Assembly: GCF_000010065.1 (NCBI RefSeq)
Contig: NC_006576.1
Span: 30,001-62,000 of the forward strand
Source of the DNA: Synechococcus elongatus PCC 6301
Lineage (GTDB): Bacteria > Cyanobacteriota > Cyanobacteriia > Synechococcales > Synechococcaceae
Direction: 5' to 3'
DNA: 32,000 nt
Below are positions 1-9,636 of this stretch, piece by piece. A program made the translations under genes and the position numbers. The notes under the pieces are model-generated. The model was not told the DNA's origin, did no database searches, and worked only from the letters and a program-made list of their open reading frames with translations. Position 1 is the first letter of the stretch; each line of letters begins with the position of its first letter.

Positions 1-418
1 GTAGCGTCAGCCCCAGTTGGAGCCCAGGATGGTGCAGCCACATGGGAATGCCTGGAATTGAGATGCCTAGCATCATCGGCAGCGAGCCAATCACCAATAA
101 GCTGGCGATTAGTCCACTCACCCACACTCGCTGGGCCAATTGCCGTTGCGATCGGGCACGGCGATGCCGCTCCTGCGCTTCAACTTCGTTATCCCAGGGG
201 TCTTGGAGGGGAAAAGCGTGGTAGCCTGCAGCCTCAATAGCGGCCTGAATCGCTGCCACCTGAGTCAAAGCGGGGTCATAGCAGACCTGCGCCTGCTCTG
301 CACCAAAATTGACGCTGCACTCCTGCACCCCCGGCAATGCCTGAATGAGGGCTTCAATACGACCCGCACAAGCAGCACAGCCCATGCCTCGCAGCGTCAG
401 AGTTTGCTGATTGACCAT
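1..418 (-). CDS. pacS: Copper-transporting P-type ATPase PacS, N-terminal part (3' end lies outside the window)
   Basis: Reverse-strand ATG at 418-416 encodes MVNQQTLTLRGMGCAACAGRIEALIQALPGVQECSVNFGAEQAQVCYDP..., an HMA domain with GMGCAAC. It stays open to the window edge (...IPGIPMWLHHPGLQLGLTL). The sequence is recognised as Synechococcus PacS. It is absent from the ORF track because it runs off the edge. Confidence 0.95.
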   Translation of the reverse strand, partial: MVNQQTLTLRGMGCAACAGRIEALIQALPGVQECSVNFGAEQAQVCYDPALTQVAAIQAAIEAAGYHAFPLQDPWDNEVEAQERHRRARSQRQLAQRVWVSGLIASLLVIGSLPMMLGISIPGIPMWLHHPGLQLGLTL

Positions 419-832
419 GACTGGACTCCAGACTCGAACGTAGCTCTAATCGTCCCCAGTCTTAAGTCTCTAGTTGACTGCAGAGTCAAGACGAGTGACA
501 AAACTTCTCTTAAAAGCGCGATCGCCCTGCCCCAGCCCAATTGGGCCTCTTTCGACCTGCTCTACTGCTTGCTCCCAGACGTAGCCAAGCTGAGGAGAGA
601 ACGATCGGAGTCAAGCACATGTTAAGGCTCAAGTGCTTTGCCCGCTTGAGCGACGGCCCCTCGTCAATGCCTCTTTCGTTTTGTCGAACCGCATTGGATC
701 CACTAGCAACTATGAGCTTGAGCAGGACGTTTTAAGCATGTTGAGCTCTTCTATTGCCCCAGATTCAGCGCTCAGGCCTTCGTTACGCTAGTGGCATTGA
801 AGTCAGTTAGTTGAATGAGCTGTAATCAAGGT

Positions 833-840
833 GCGATCGC
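833..840. repeat. HIP1 (highly iterated palindrome) GCGATCGC; one example of many in the window
   Basis: Perfect octamer GCGATCGC, recurring throughout the window in coding and non-coding DNA. Typical of this lineage. Confidence 0.9.
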
Positions 841-1031
841 CTTTCCTTTGGTTATTGGCTCACAACCTGAAGGGTAAACATTAGGCTGACAGTCCGTGCT
901 GGCTTGAGTCAATCAGCCTGATCCGGTCAGTTGATCCCAGCCATCGCCTATCTCTGACTCGACTGGGATCATCATTCGTTCCTGCCTCTGCGCAACGACG
1001 ACCCACTCCATTCCTCTGCGATCCAGTCTCT

Positions 1032-1841
1032 ATGAAGATGCTTAGAGCACTTAAACACCACTGGCCAGAATACTTAATTGAAGCTTGGGGGCTTGGGCTG
1101 TTTATGGTGGCAGCTGGGGTTGTCGGAACGCTTGTCTTCTATCCCCAATCTCCTGCCTATCAAGCGATCGCAGACCCTTTCCTACAGCGAGTCGTGATGG
1201 GCTTGGGGATGGGTTTGACGGCAATGATCATCATGTATTCACCTTGGGGAAAGCGATCGGGGGCTCATATCAACCCAGCCGTAACGCTCACGTTCTACCG
1301 GCTTAAAAAAATTGCTGCCTGGGATGCTTTTTTCTACGTTGTTTTTCAGTTTATTGGTGGACTTCTAGGAGTCGTGCTGGTTGCCTTTTTACTACAAACT
1401 CCCTTTACCCAAGCACCGGTCAACTATGTAGTCACGGTCCCTGGAAAACAGGGGGCGATCGTTGCATGTATCGCAGAGTATTTCATTGCTGTACTCATGA
1501 TGAGTATGGTTCTCTTCACCAGCAATCAGCCAAAGCTAGAGCGATTCACTCCATTTTTTGCGGGCTGTCTCATTGTCAGCTACGTCATTTTTGAATCGCC
1601 GCTCTCAGGGTTTGGCATGAACCCTGCTCGAACCGTTGCCTCAGCTTTACCCTCGGGTATTTGGACAGCTATCTGGCTTTATTTCCTTGCACCGATCGCA
1701 GGCATGTTAACTGCAGCAGAACTCTATCTGCGAATGATCGGGCCTCGCAAAATCTTCTGTGCCAAGCTCTACCATGATCCTTTGTATCGCTGTATACACT
1801 GCGGCCATCTCATTCATTGGCATCGTCCTCATCTGAGATAG
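1032..1841 (+). CDS. smpX: MIP/aquaporin-family channel protein
   Basis: 269 aa hydrophobic protein with two NPA boxes (HINPAVTLTF and GMNPARTVAS). Located next to pacS, as I recall for Synechococcus smpX; the gene symbol is from memory. Confidence 0.85.
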   Translation: MKMLRALKHHWPEYLIEAWGLGLFMVAAGVVGTLVFYPQSPAYQAIADPFLQRVVMGLGMGLTAMIIMYSPWGKRSGAHINPAVTLTFYRLKKIAAWDAFFYVVFQFIGGLLGVVLVAFLLQTPFTQAPVNYVVTVPGKQGAIVACIAEYFIAVLMMSMVLFTSNQPKLERFTPFFAGCLIVSYVIFESPLSGFGMNPARTVASALPSGIWTAIWLYFLAPIAGMLTAAELYLRMIGPRKIFCAKLYHDPLYRCIHCGHLIHWHRPHLR

Positions 1842-2307
1842 GTCAAAAATATGGCTGCCAGACAGATTGGATGCGATCGCAGCCTAACAAAAGGCCTAGT
1901 TCACCTTATTAATAGCAATAATTGTGAATTTTTCTTATCCTCTAGGAGATAAGAAACTTTATCCTTTGTCACCTCGCAGTCCACCCAAAGCAATGGTAAG
2001 TCTAGGGACATTTATAAAAAATAAAAGGTTCTAGCGCTCTCAAAAACGAGCGTTATGGTGAACTCGGTAGGCTTCAGTTCCAAACATCTGCCGAGTGGAG
2101 TAAATGTGTGGCCCGGATATTGACCAGGGTAGACTCCCGGCATCAACAAAGAAGGGGCTTAGGGGCTCTGATATATCCCGAGCAGCTTGCGCAGTTAGAG
2201 ACACCCTCTTCTGAGTGATGGTCTTGGCTAGTCGGTGCCTCCGCGCAATCTAATGGTGCGCCTTGATCGCCAACAGCTCCTTTGCTAACGCCTAAGATTT
2301 TTCCCCA

Positions 2308-3894
2308 ATGGCTATCAATCAAACTGACTACGACATTGTCATCATTGGCACTGGGGCTGGAGGAGGAACGCTACTCCATCGCCTTGCTCCAAGCGGCAAG
2401 AAGATTCTGATTCTTGAGCAAGGGCCTTATCTTCCCCGTGAAAAGGAAAACTGGAGCGCGACTGAGGTCTACGGCAAGGAGCGCTACCACACCCATGATC
2501 AGTGGTACGACAAACAGGGAACAGCCTTTCGACCCCAGATGAGCTACTGGGTAGGAGGCAACACCAAAGTTTATGGGGCTGCTTTGCTCCGTCTGCGGGA
2601 GCGCGACTTTGAAGCCGTTCAACATCGGGATGGGATCTCGCCCGAGTGGCCACTAAAATACGCAGACTTTGAGCCTTACTACAGTCAAGCTGAAGCCCTA
2701 TTTGATGTTCACGGCGAGGATGGCAACGATCCCACCGCCCCACCGCGCCAAACTCCTTACCCCTATCCGGCAGTCAGTCATGAACCCCGCATGCAGGAGA
2801 TCTATGACGGGCTGAAAGGACAAGGACTGAAGCCGTTCCATTTGCCCGTAGGTCTCAAACTTAACGAGACAGAGCGTGCCCTCTGGGACTGCATCCGCTG
2901 CGATAGCTGTGATGGTTTTCCCTGTTTGGTGCGGGGCAAAGCCGATAGTGAAGTTAATGCCGTCACACCAGCGCTGACTTACCCAAACGTCACCCTCAAG
3001 ACCGAGGCCAAAGTACTGCGGTTACTGACCAATGAATCGGGCCGCGAGGTGACGGCAGTGGAAACCCAAATTGGTGGTGAGACTGTTCTGTTCAAGGGCG
3101 ATGTGGTGGTGGTCAGTTGTGGCGCTGCGAACTCCGCCGCTCTGCTGCTGCGATCGGTGAGCGATCGCCATCCCAATGGCCTAGCCAACAGTTCCGATCA
3201 GGTCGGGCGCTACTTCATGAAGCACTTGACGACGGCGATGGTGGCACTTAACGCCAAGAAAAATGAGTCGGTCTACCAAAAAACGATCGCAGTCAGCGAC
3301 TTCTATTGGGGCGAAGACGGTTACGACTACCCAATGGGCTTCATCCAAAATACGGGCAATGTGTTGCCCGACATGATGCCGGCTGAAGCGCCGGGATTAC
3401 TGGCATCACTGCTCAAGTTCGTGCCCAGGCTGGATGTTGATTTAGGGCCTCAATACCAGGCTGCGGCTCAGCACTCAGTGGGCTGGTGGTTCCAAACGGA
3501 AGACCTGCCTGATCCAAACAATCGGGTGCGAGTCGTGAACGACCAAATTCATTTGGACTACACGCCAAATAACACTGAGTCGACTCAGCGCTTGGTTCAT
3601 CGCTGGATTGACATTCTGAAAGCAGTCGACCGTGCCGATCACGTTCTTCCCTTTGACCTCTATCCCCGCAGTAGTTCGCCCATTCAGGTGTTGGGACACC
3701 AGTGCGGCACCTGTCGCTTTGGGGAAGACCCGACAACATCAGTGCTCGATCTCAACTGTCAGGCTCACGATGTTGACAACCTCTATGTGGTTGACAGCAG
3801 CTTCTTCTGCTCCAGTGCTGCGGTCAACCCGACCTTGACGATCATTGCCAACGCTCTACGGGTGGGCGATCACCTGCTCGAGCGGCTGGGCTAG
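2308..3894 (+). CDS. GMC-family FAD-dependent oxidoreductase
   Basis: 528 aa. N-terminal dinucleotide-binding motif DIVIIGTGAGGGTLLHRLA, WVGGNTKVYGA, and C-terminal GMC_oxred_C-like HQCGTCRFGEDPTTSVLD...NLYVVDSSFFCSSAAVNPTLTIIANALRVGDHL. Confidence 0.9.
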   Translation: MAINQTDYDIVIIGTGAGGGTLLHRLAPSGKKILILEQGPYLPREKENWSATEVYGKERYHTHDQWYDKQGTAFRPQMSYWVGGNTKVYGAALLRLRERDFEAVQHRDGISPEWPLKYADFEPYYSQAEALFDVHGEDGNDPTAPPRQTPYPYPAVSHEPRMQEIYDGLKGQGLKPFHLPVGLKLNETERALWDCIRCDSCDGFPCLVRGKADSEVNAVTPALTYPNVTLKTEAKVLRLLTNESGREVTAVETQIGGETVLFKGDVVVVSCGAANSAALLLRSVSDRHPNGLANSSDQVGRYFMKHLTTAMVALNAKKNESVYQKTIAVSDFYWGEDGYDYPMGFIQNTGNVLPDMMPAEAPGLLASLLKFVPRLDVDLGPQYQAAAQHSVGWWFQTEDLPDPNNRVRVVNDQIHLDYTPNNTESTQRLVHRWIDILKAVDRADHVLPFDLYPRSSSPIQVLGHQCGTCRFGEDPTTSVLDLNCQAHDVDNLYVVDSSFFCSSAAVNPTLTIIANALRVGDHLLERLG

Positions 3895-3962
3895 GTGAAT
3901 CCGCGTTTTCACAATTTTGATCCGTAGCTAGCTCTCACGAAACAACTCAAGGATGACTACCC

Positions 3963-4763
3963 ATGGGCAAACTCGATAATCAAATCGCGCTCGTTACAGG
4001 CAGTAGCCAAGGCATCGGCCAAGAAATTGCCATTCGGCTCGCCTCGGAAGGAGCCAGCGTTGTCATTGACTATCGCTCTCACCCGGAAGGTGCGGAAGAG
4101 ACTCGCAAGCAGGTAGAAGCGGCGGGTGCTCAATGTCATTTAGCCAAAGATCATGCGCCAGAAGGCTATGTGGTGCAGGCGGATCTGGGCGATGTCACCC
4201 AGGTTCGTAATCTTGTTGCCGAAAGCATTAAGCACTTTGGCAAGCTCGATATCTTAGTCAACAATGCTGGGATGGAACGGCGGGCTCCTTTCTGGGAGGT
4301 GACTGAGGCTGATTACGACATGGTTCTTAATGTCAATCTCAAGGGGGCTTTCTTTGCTGCTCAAGCGTTAGTACAACATCTTTTAGAAACAAAACGCCCT
4401 GGCAAGATTATCAATATCAGCTCCGTTCACGAAGAGTTGCCTTTCCCCAATTTTGCTTCCTATTGCCTCAGTAAAGGTGGCATCAAAATGATGACTCGCG
4501 ATCTGGCAGTTGAACTAGGAGAGTACGGGATTACGATCAATAATGTTGCCCCAGGGGCGATCGAGACGCCGATCAATACAAACCTGTTGAATAATCCAAC
4601 CGAGCTGAATGCACTCCTCGGTAATATCCCCCTAAAGCGCCTCGGCAAGCCCAAGGATATTGCTTCCCTTGTGCTATTTCTTGCATCCCCTGATGCTGAC
4701 TACATTACAGGCACAACGATCTTTGCTGATGGCGGACTGCTCTGGAATTACCACGAGCAATAG
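3963..4763 (+). CDS. Short-chain dehydrogenase/reductase, glucose 1-dehydrogenase-like
   Basis: 266 aa. TGSSQGIGQE cofactor motif, NNAG, catalytic S...YCLSK, and PGAIETPIN. Substrate is inferred only from overall similarity to glucose 1-dehydrogenases. Confidence 0.9.
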   Translation: MGKLDNQIALVTGSSQGIGQEIAIRLASEGASVVIDYRSHPEGAEETRKQVEAAGAQCHLAKDHAPEGYVVQADLGDVTQVRNLVAESIKHFGKLDILVNNAGMERRAPFWEVTEADYDMVLNVNLKGAFFAAQALVQHLLETKRPGKIINISSVHEELPFPNFASYCLSKGGIKMMTRDLAVELGEYGITINNVAPGAIETPINTNLLNNPTELNALLGNIPLKRLGKPKDIASLVLFLASPDADYITGTTIFADGGLLWNYHEQ

Positions 4764-4863
4764 GCAGGGATGACTGAGGTGATCGTTCCAGCCTTAGTGC
4801 TTGTTGGAGCGCCCTAATTCTGTTTTCGCGATCGCCCTATTTATCTCAGCTTGGAACAGCCTC

Positions 4864-7536
4864 ATGAATCCTGAACAACAGCGAATTCAGCAGAGCGTGG
4901 AACCCAATTCGCCTTGGCGACAATGGGGACCCTATCTGAGTGAGCGGCAGTGGGGCACGGTGCGCGAAGACTACAGTGCTGGCGGCGATGCTTGGGATTA
5001 TTTCCCCCATGATCATGCGCGATCGCGGGCTTATCGCTGGGGGGAAGATGGGCTGGGTGGTTTTTGCGATCGCCAAGCCAATATCTGCTTTGCGCTGGCC
5101 TTTTGGAATGGCAACGATCCCATTCTGAAAGAGCGGCTGTTTGGCTTGACAAATTCTGAGGGAAACCACGGGGAAGACGTCAAAGAATACTACTTTTACG
5201 TCGACAACACCCCTACCCACAGCTACATGCGCTGGCGGTATAAATATCCCCAAGCGGCCTACCCCTACGAGACACTTGTCACGGTCAATGGGCAGCGATC
5301 AAAGTTCGAGCCGGAGTATGAGCTGCTCGATACCGGCATTTTTGACAGCGGCTATTTCGATATCGAAGCGGAATATGCCAAAGCAACGCCATCTGACCTT
5401 GGCATTCGCCTCCAGATCACCAATCGCGGACTGCAAACTGCCCCGATCGCGGTGCTACCGACATTATGGCTGCGTAATACCTGGACTTGGACAGGGGAGG
5501 TGCCTGCCGGCAGGCTCACACAAGTTGATGACCAAGCGATCAAACTGAGCCACCGCGATTACGGCGATCGCTGGCTTTACTGCGATCGGGTAAATGGTGC
5601 CGAGCTAGAGCTGCTGTTTACCGACAACGAAACGAACTTTGCACGACTGTTTGGCAGCACTAATCCGTCGCCTTACGTCAAGGATGCGTTTCATCAATAC
5701 CTAATCGAAGGCGATCGCGAGGCAGTCAATCCGGTGCAGACCGGCACGAAAGCGGCGGCTTGCTATCGCTTAGAAATCCCAGCCGGCCAAACCGTCACGC
5801 TCCAACTTCGCTTTTGCGATCGCCCCCAGACTGCTGCTTTTGACACCGATTTTGCTGACAGCTTCAGCCAACGGCAGCAGGAAGCCGACGACTTTTACCA
5901 AACGCTCTTTCCTAAACTGGGCGACGGCGATCGCCTAATTCAGCGCCAAGCTTTAGCTGCTTTGCTCTGGAGTAAGCAGGTCTATCTCTACGAAGTGCAG
6001 ACTTGGCTGCAGGGTGATGCAGGACAACCACCGCCACCAAGTCCCCGGAGCAAGGGCCGCAATACCAATTGGCGCATGTTCTCTGCCAACGAGGTCATCC
6101 TCATGCCTGACAAGTGGGAATACCCTTGGTTTGCGGCTTGGGACTGGGCCTTTCACTGCGTCGTGATGGCACTCATCGATCCTGAGTTTGCCAAACAGCA
6201 GCTACGCCTGTTGCTAAGCGATAACTACGTCAGTCCTAAGGGTCAGATTCCGGCCTATGAGTGGGCCTTTGGTGATGTCAATCCGCCTGTTCAGGCTTGG
6301 GCCGCTTGGAAGATTTACCAATCAGAAAAGGTTAGAACTGGCGAGGGCGATCGCGAATTTCTACAGCAGATATTCCAGCGCCTGTTACCGAATTACTACT
6401 GGTGGCTGAACCGAGAAGACCGTGACGATAAGAGCCTATTCCAAGGCGGTTTTCTAGGACTGGATAACATCACAATTTTCAATCGCAGCGCTCCTCTCCC
6501 AACGGGCGGCTACCTTGAACAGTCCGATGGCACCGCTTGGATGGGACTGTTTTCGCTCAATATGCTGGCGATCGCCCTGGAGCTGAATCAGCAAGGCACG
6601 ATTTACGACCACGCGATCAGCAGCTTTGTGCGGCAGTTCCTCAACATTGCCCAGGCGATGAATCAAATGGGTGATGACAATCTGGCGTTGTGGGACGAGA
6701 CACACGGCTTCTACTTCAGTGCCCTCCGGCTCCCTGATGACAGTGAGGAGCAGCTACAGGTCTACTCCTTGGTGGGATTAGCGCCAATGCTGGCCGTGCT
6801 GACGCTGGAGCCTAAATTTGTCCATGACTTGTCTGACATTCAAGAGGTGATGGACTGGGCCGCCAAGCATCACCCGGAACTGATCAACAACGTTGTCTGC
6901 ACAACAACGGAATGCAGCGAACAACGCCATCTTCTCGCGATCGCTAGTCCTGATCAGCTGCGGCGGTTACTGCAGCGACTACTCAATGAGGACGAATTTC
7001 TGTCGCCCTACGGCATTCGCTCGATCTCGAAGGCCCATGCTCAAGACCCCTTCGTTCTTCACTATCAAGGCAACAGCTTCGGGGTGGACTACGAGCCGGG
7101 AGAATCGACCAGCGCCACCTTTGGCGGCAATTCCAACTGGCGCGGCCCGATCTGGTTCCCTATGAACTATCTCTTGATCGAAGCGCTACAGCGCTACTAC
7201 CACTACCTCGGCGACGAGTTCCAGGTTGAATGTCCCACTGGCTCAGGACAACTGATGACACTCAAACAGGTCGCCCAAGAACTGTCGCAACGGCTGGTCA
7301 ACATCTTCCGCACGCAACCTGATGGTTCTCGACCCACTTACGGCGACATCGAACGCTTCCAGATCGATCCCCACTGGCGTGATCTGCTGCTGTTCCATGA
7401 ATACTTCCACGGTGATACCGGCAAAGGTCTGGGCGCGAGTCAGCAAACTGGCTGGACTGCCTTGGTTGCCCAGTTGATTCAAGAACTAAACGACGAGACT
7501 TTCTACGACTCTCTGGGCTTGATGCCATCGTTTTAG
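4864..7536 (+). CDS. Large glucosidase-like glycoside hydrolase (GH63/MGH-type, (alpha/alpha)6 barrel)
   Basis: The ORF is open from 4801, but an internal ATG at 4864 (MNPEQQRIQQSVEPNSPWRQWGPYLSERQWGTVREDYS...) is the likelier start. Motifs include YFPHDHARSRAYRWGEDGLGG, WFAAWDWAFHCVVMALIDPEFAK, NWRGPIWFPMNYLLIEAL and ASQQTGWTALVAQLIQ. Confidence 0.85.
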   Translation: MNPEQQRIQQSVEPNSPWRQWGPYLSERQWGTVREDYSAGGDAWDYFPHDHARSRAYRWGEDGLGGFCDRQANICFALAFWNGNDPILKERLFGLTNSEGNHGEDVKEYYFYVDNTPTHSYMRWRYKYPQAAYPYETLVTVNGQRSKFEPEYELLDTGIFDSGYFDIEAEYAKATPSDLGIRLQITNRGLQTAPIAVLPTLWLRNTWTWTGEVPAGRLTQVDDQAIKLSHRDYGDRWLYCDRVNGAELELLFTDNETNFARLFGSTNPSPYVKDAFHQYLIEGDREAVNPVQTGTKAAACYRLEIPAGQTVTLQLRFCDRPQTAAFDTDFADSFSQRQQEADDFYQTLFPKLGDGDRLIQRQALAALLWSKQVYLYEVQTWLQGDAGQPPPPSPRSKGRNTNWRMFSANEVILMPDKWEYPWFAAWDWAFHCVVMALIDPEFAKQQLRLLLSDNYVSPKGQIPAYEWAFGDVNPPVQAWAAWKIYQSEKVRTGEGDREFLQQIFQRLLPNYYWWLNREDRDDKSLFQGGFLGLDNITIFNRSAPLPTGGYLEQSDGTAWMGLFSLNMLAIALELNQQGTIYDHAISSFVRQFLNIAQAMNQMGDDNLALWDETHGFYFSALRLPDDSEEQLQVYSLVGLAPMLAVLTLEPKFVHDLSDIQEVMDWAAKHHPELINNVVCTTTECSEQRHLLAIASPDQLRRLLQRLLNEDEFLSPYGIRSISKAHAQDPFVLHYQGNSFGVDYEPGESTSATFGGNSNWRGPIWFPMNYLLIEALQRYYHYLGDEFQVECPTGSGQLMTLKQVAQELSQRLVNIFRTQPDGSRPTYGDIERFQIDPHWRDLLLFHEYFHGDTGKGLGASQQTGWTALVAQLIQELNDETFYDSLGLMPSF

Positions 7537-7548
7537 GGGCCTGCGACG

Positions 7549-9594
7549 ATGACCATTACTTTCGGCCGAGAGATTTGTAGTGATCTCGCGATCGCCCAGC
7601 AGCGCGAATGGCTGGTCACTAACGGAATTGGTGGTTACGCCTCAGGCACGGTCGCTGGACTTCCGACTCGCAGCTACCACGGACTTTTAGTAGCAGCGCT
7701 GAAGCCACCCCTCGATCGCACCTTGCTAGTCACACATCTCGATGAGCAAGTCGACTATGGCAAGCTATCGCTGCCTTTGAGTACGACCCGCTGGGTTGAC
7801 GGCACCGTTGCTCCTCGAGGCTACGAGCAGATTGAGCAGTTTGGGTTGGAGGGCACCATACCGGTCTGGCAATTTGCGATCGCCGATGCCCGACTAGAAA
7901 AGCGAATCTGGATGGAGCCGGGCGCCAACACCACCCTTATTTCCTATCGTTTTGAACGGGGCAGTCTGCCGCTGCAGCTTACCGTTAAGGGGCTGGTCAA
8001 CTATCGCGGTTACCACAGTCGCACCCAGGCGGGCGATTGGCGCATGGATGTGCAGCCCGTCGATCGCGGCTTGAAGGTAACAGCTTTTCCAGAAGCGACT
8101 CCTTTCTATTTGTTCGCAACTTGGGGCAAGTGGGCGATCGCCCCTGAGTGGTATCGCGACTTTGAGCTGGCAGTTGAGGCCGAACGAGGACTGGACGATC
8201 GCGATGACAACCTGAGGGTGGGTTCGCTGACGGTGACGCTCAATCCCGGTGAGACGCTTTGCCTTATTGCCAGTACTGAAGCCAGCCCGGATCTGGATGC
8301 GGCGGCTTCCCTCCAGCGCTACCAAGATCGGACGCAAGCCAAGCTCCAACAATGGCAGGCAGCGAATCCGACCTTGGCGGATCAAGCCCCTGATTGGGTG
8401 CGGCAACTGGTGTTGGCGGCAGATCAGTTCATTGTCGATCGTCCGCTGCCCAATCATCCCCAGGGCAAAAGCATTCTCGCGGGTTACCACTGGTTCGCCG
8501 ACTGGGGTCGAGACACGATGATCAGCCTACCGGGGTTGACGCTAGCGACAGGTTGGCCCGATCTCGCCCGAGAAATTCTGCTCACGTTCGCCCAGTTTGT
8601 TAGTCAGGGAATGTTGCCTAATCGCTTCCCTGACGATGGCAATCCCCTCACCGATGCCGACTACAACACGGTGGATGCCACCCTTTGGTATGTGGAAGCT
8701 GTCCGTCAATACCTCGATTGCAGTGGGGATAAGACGCTACTGGCCGAGATTTTTCCAGTGCTGCAGAACATCATTGGCTGGCATCAACGGGGCACCCGCT
8801 TCAATATTCACCTTGATCCTCAAGATGGTCTGCTGACTGCGGGAGCAGCAGGTGTGCAGCTCACTTGGATGGATGCCAAAGTTGGCGACTGGGTAGTGAC
8901 GCCTCGCATTGGTAAGCCAGTCGAGATCAATGCCCTTTGGTATGCCGCCCTGCGATCGCTGGCTCACTTTGCTCGGTGTTTAGGGCAGCCCAGCACTGAC
9001 TACGACCAACTGGCAGAAGCGACCTTGCAGGGATTTCAGCGGTTTTGGCAAGCAGATCGGGGCTACTGTTTCGATGTACTCGACAGCCCCACGGGGTCAG
9101 ATGCTAGCCTACGCCCCAATCAACTGCTAGCAATTTCCCTCGGTTGCGATCGCGATCAGCCGGCACTACTCACGCCTGACCAGCAACAACAGGTGGTGAC
9201 CCTCTGCGGTCAGCAGTTATTAACGTCTTTTGGACTGCGGAGTCTCGATCCTCGTCATCCGCAATATCAGGGGCACTACGGCGGCGACCAAACCCAGCGC
9301 GATGCGGCTTATCACCAAGGCACCGTTTGGGCTCGGCTCTTGGGCTCTTTTGCGATCGCCCACTATGCCGCCTTTGGCGATCGCGCCTTGGCAGCTCAGG
9401 TTTTGCAACCGATCGCCCATCACTTGCAAACTGCAGGGCTGGGAACGATTAGCGAAATCTTTGATGGCGATGCACCCTTTCTCCCGCGCGGCTGCATTGC
9501 CCAAGCTTGGTCCGTGGGTGAAATTCTGCGCGCTTGGACAGTGATTCACCAGACGGCAGTGTCCCCTGATCCTGCTGCGATCGCTCTGACCTGA
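7549..9594 (+). CDS. Amylo-alpha-1,6-glucosidase / GDE-type glycogen debranching enzyme
   Basis: 681 aa. N-terminus EWLVTNGIGGYASGTVAGLPTRSYHGLLVAAL is typical of the family, followed by WFADWGRDTMISLPGLTLATG, YNTVDATLWYVEAVRQYL and YHQGTVWARLLGSF. Starts 12 nt after the upstream stop. Confidence 0.93.
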   Translation: MTITFGREICSDLAIAQQREWLVTNGIGGYASGTVAGLPTRSYHGLLVAALKPPLDRTLLVTHLDEQVDYGKLSLPLSTTRWVDGTVAPRGYEQIEQFGLEGTIPVWQFAIADARLEKRIWMEPGANTTLISYRFERGSLPLQLTVKGLVNYRGYHSRTQAGDWRMDVQPVDRGLKVTAFPEATPFYLFATWGKWAIAPEWYRDFELAVEAERGLDDRDDNLRVGSLTVTLNPGETLCLIASTEASPDLDAAASLQRYQDRTQAKLQQWQAANPTLADQAPDWVRQLVLAADQFIVDRPLPNHPQGKSILAGYHWFADWGRDTMISLPGLTLATGWPDLAREILLTFAQFVSQGMLPNRFPDDGNPLTDADYNTVDATLWYVEAVRQYLDCSGDKTLLAEIFPVLQNIIGWHQRGTRFNIHLDPQDGLLTAGAAGVQLTWMDAKVGDWVVTPRIGKPVEINALWYAALRSLAHFARCLGQPSTDYDQLAEATLQGFQRFWQADRGYCFDVLDSPTGSDASLRPNQLLAISLGCDRDQPALLTPDQQQQVVTLCGQQLLTSFGLRSLDPRHPQYQGHYGGDQTQRDAAYHQGTVWARLLGSFAIAHYAAFGDRALAAQVLQPIAHHLQTAGLGTISEIFDGDAPFLPRGCIAQAWSVGEILRAWTVIHQTAVSPDPAAIALT

Positions 9595-9636
9595 TCACCT
9601 ACCTTGGGCTACTTGACCCGTCTTTCTTAGCTGCCC

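Noticed and set aside
4801-4863. N-terminal extension of the GH63-like ORF (MLERPNSVFAIALFISAWNSL)
   Set aside because: Looks like a hydrophobic leader, but part of it reads through a HIP1-like TCGCGATCGCC sequence; the ATG at 4864 begins the family-typical sequence. A signal peptide is unlikely but would be testable by proteomics.
7894-8490. 198-aa ORF on - strand inside the debranching enzyme
   Set aside because: Antisense shadow with no family signature; the + strand reading has continuous family motifs.
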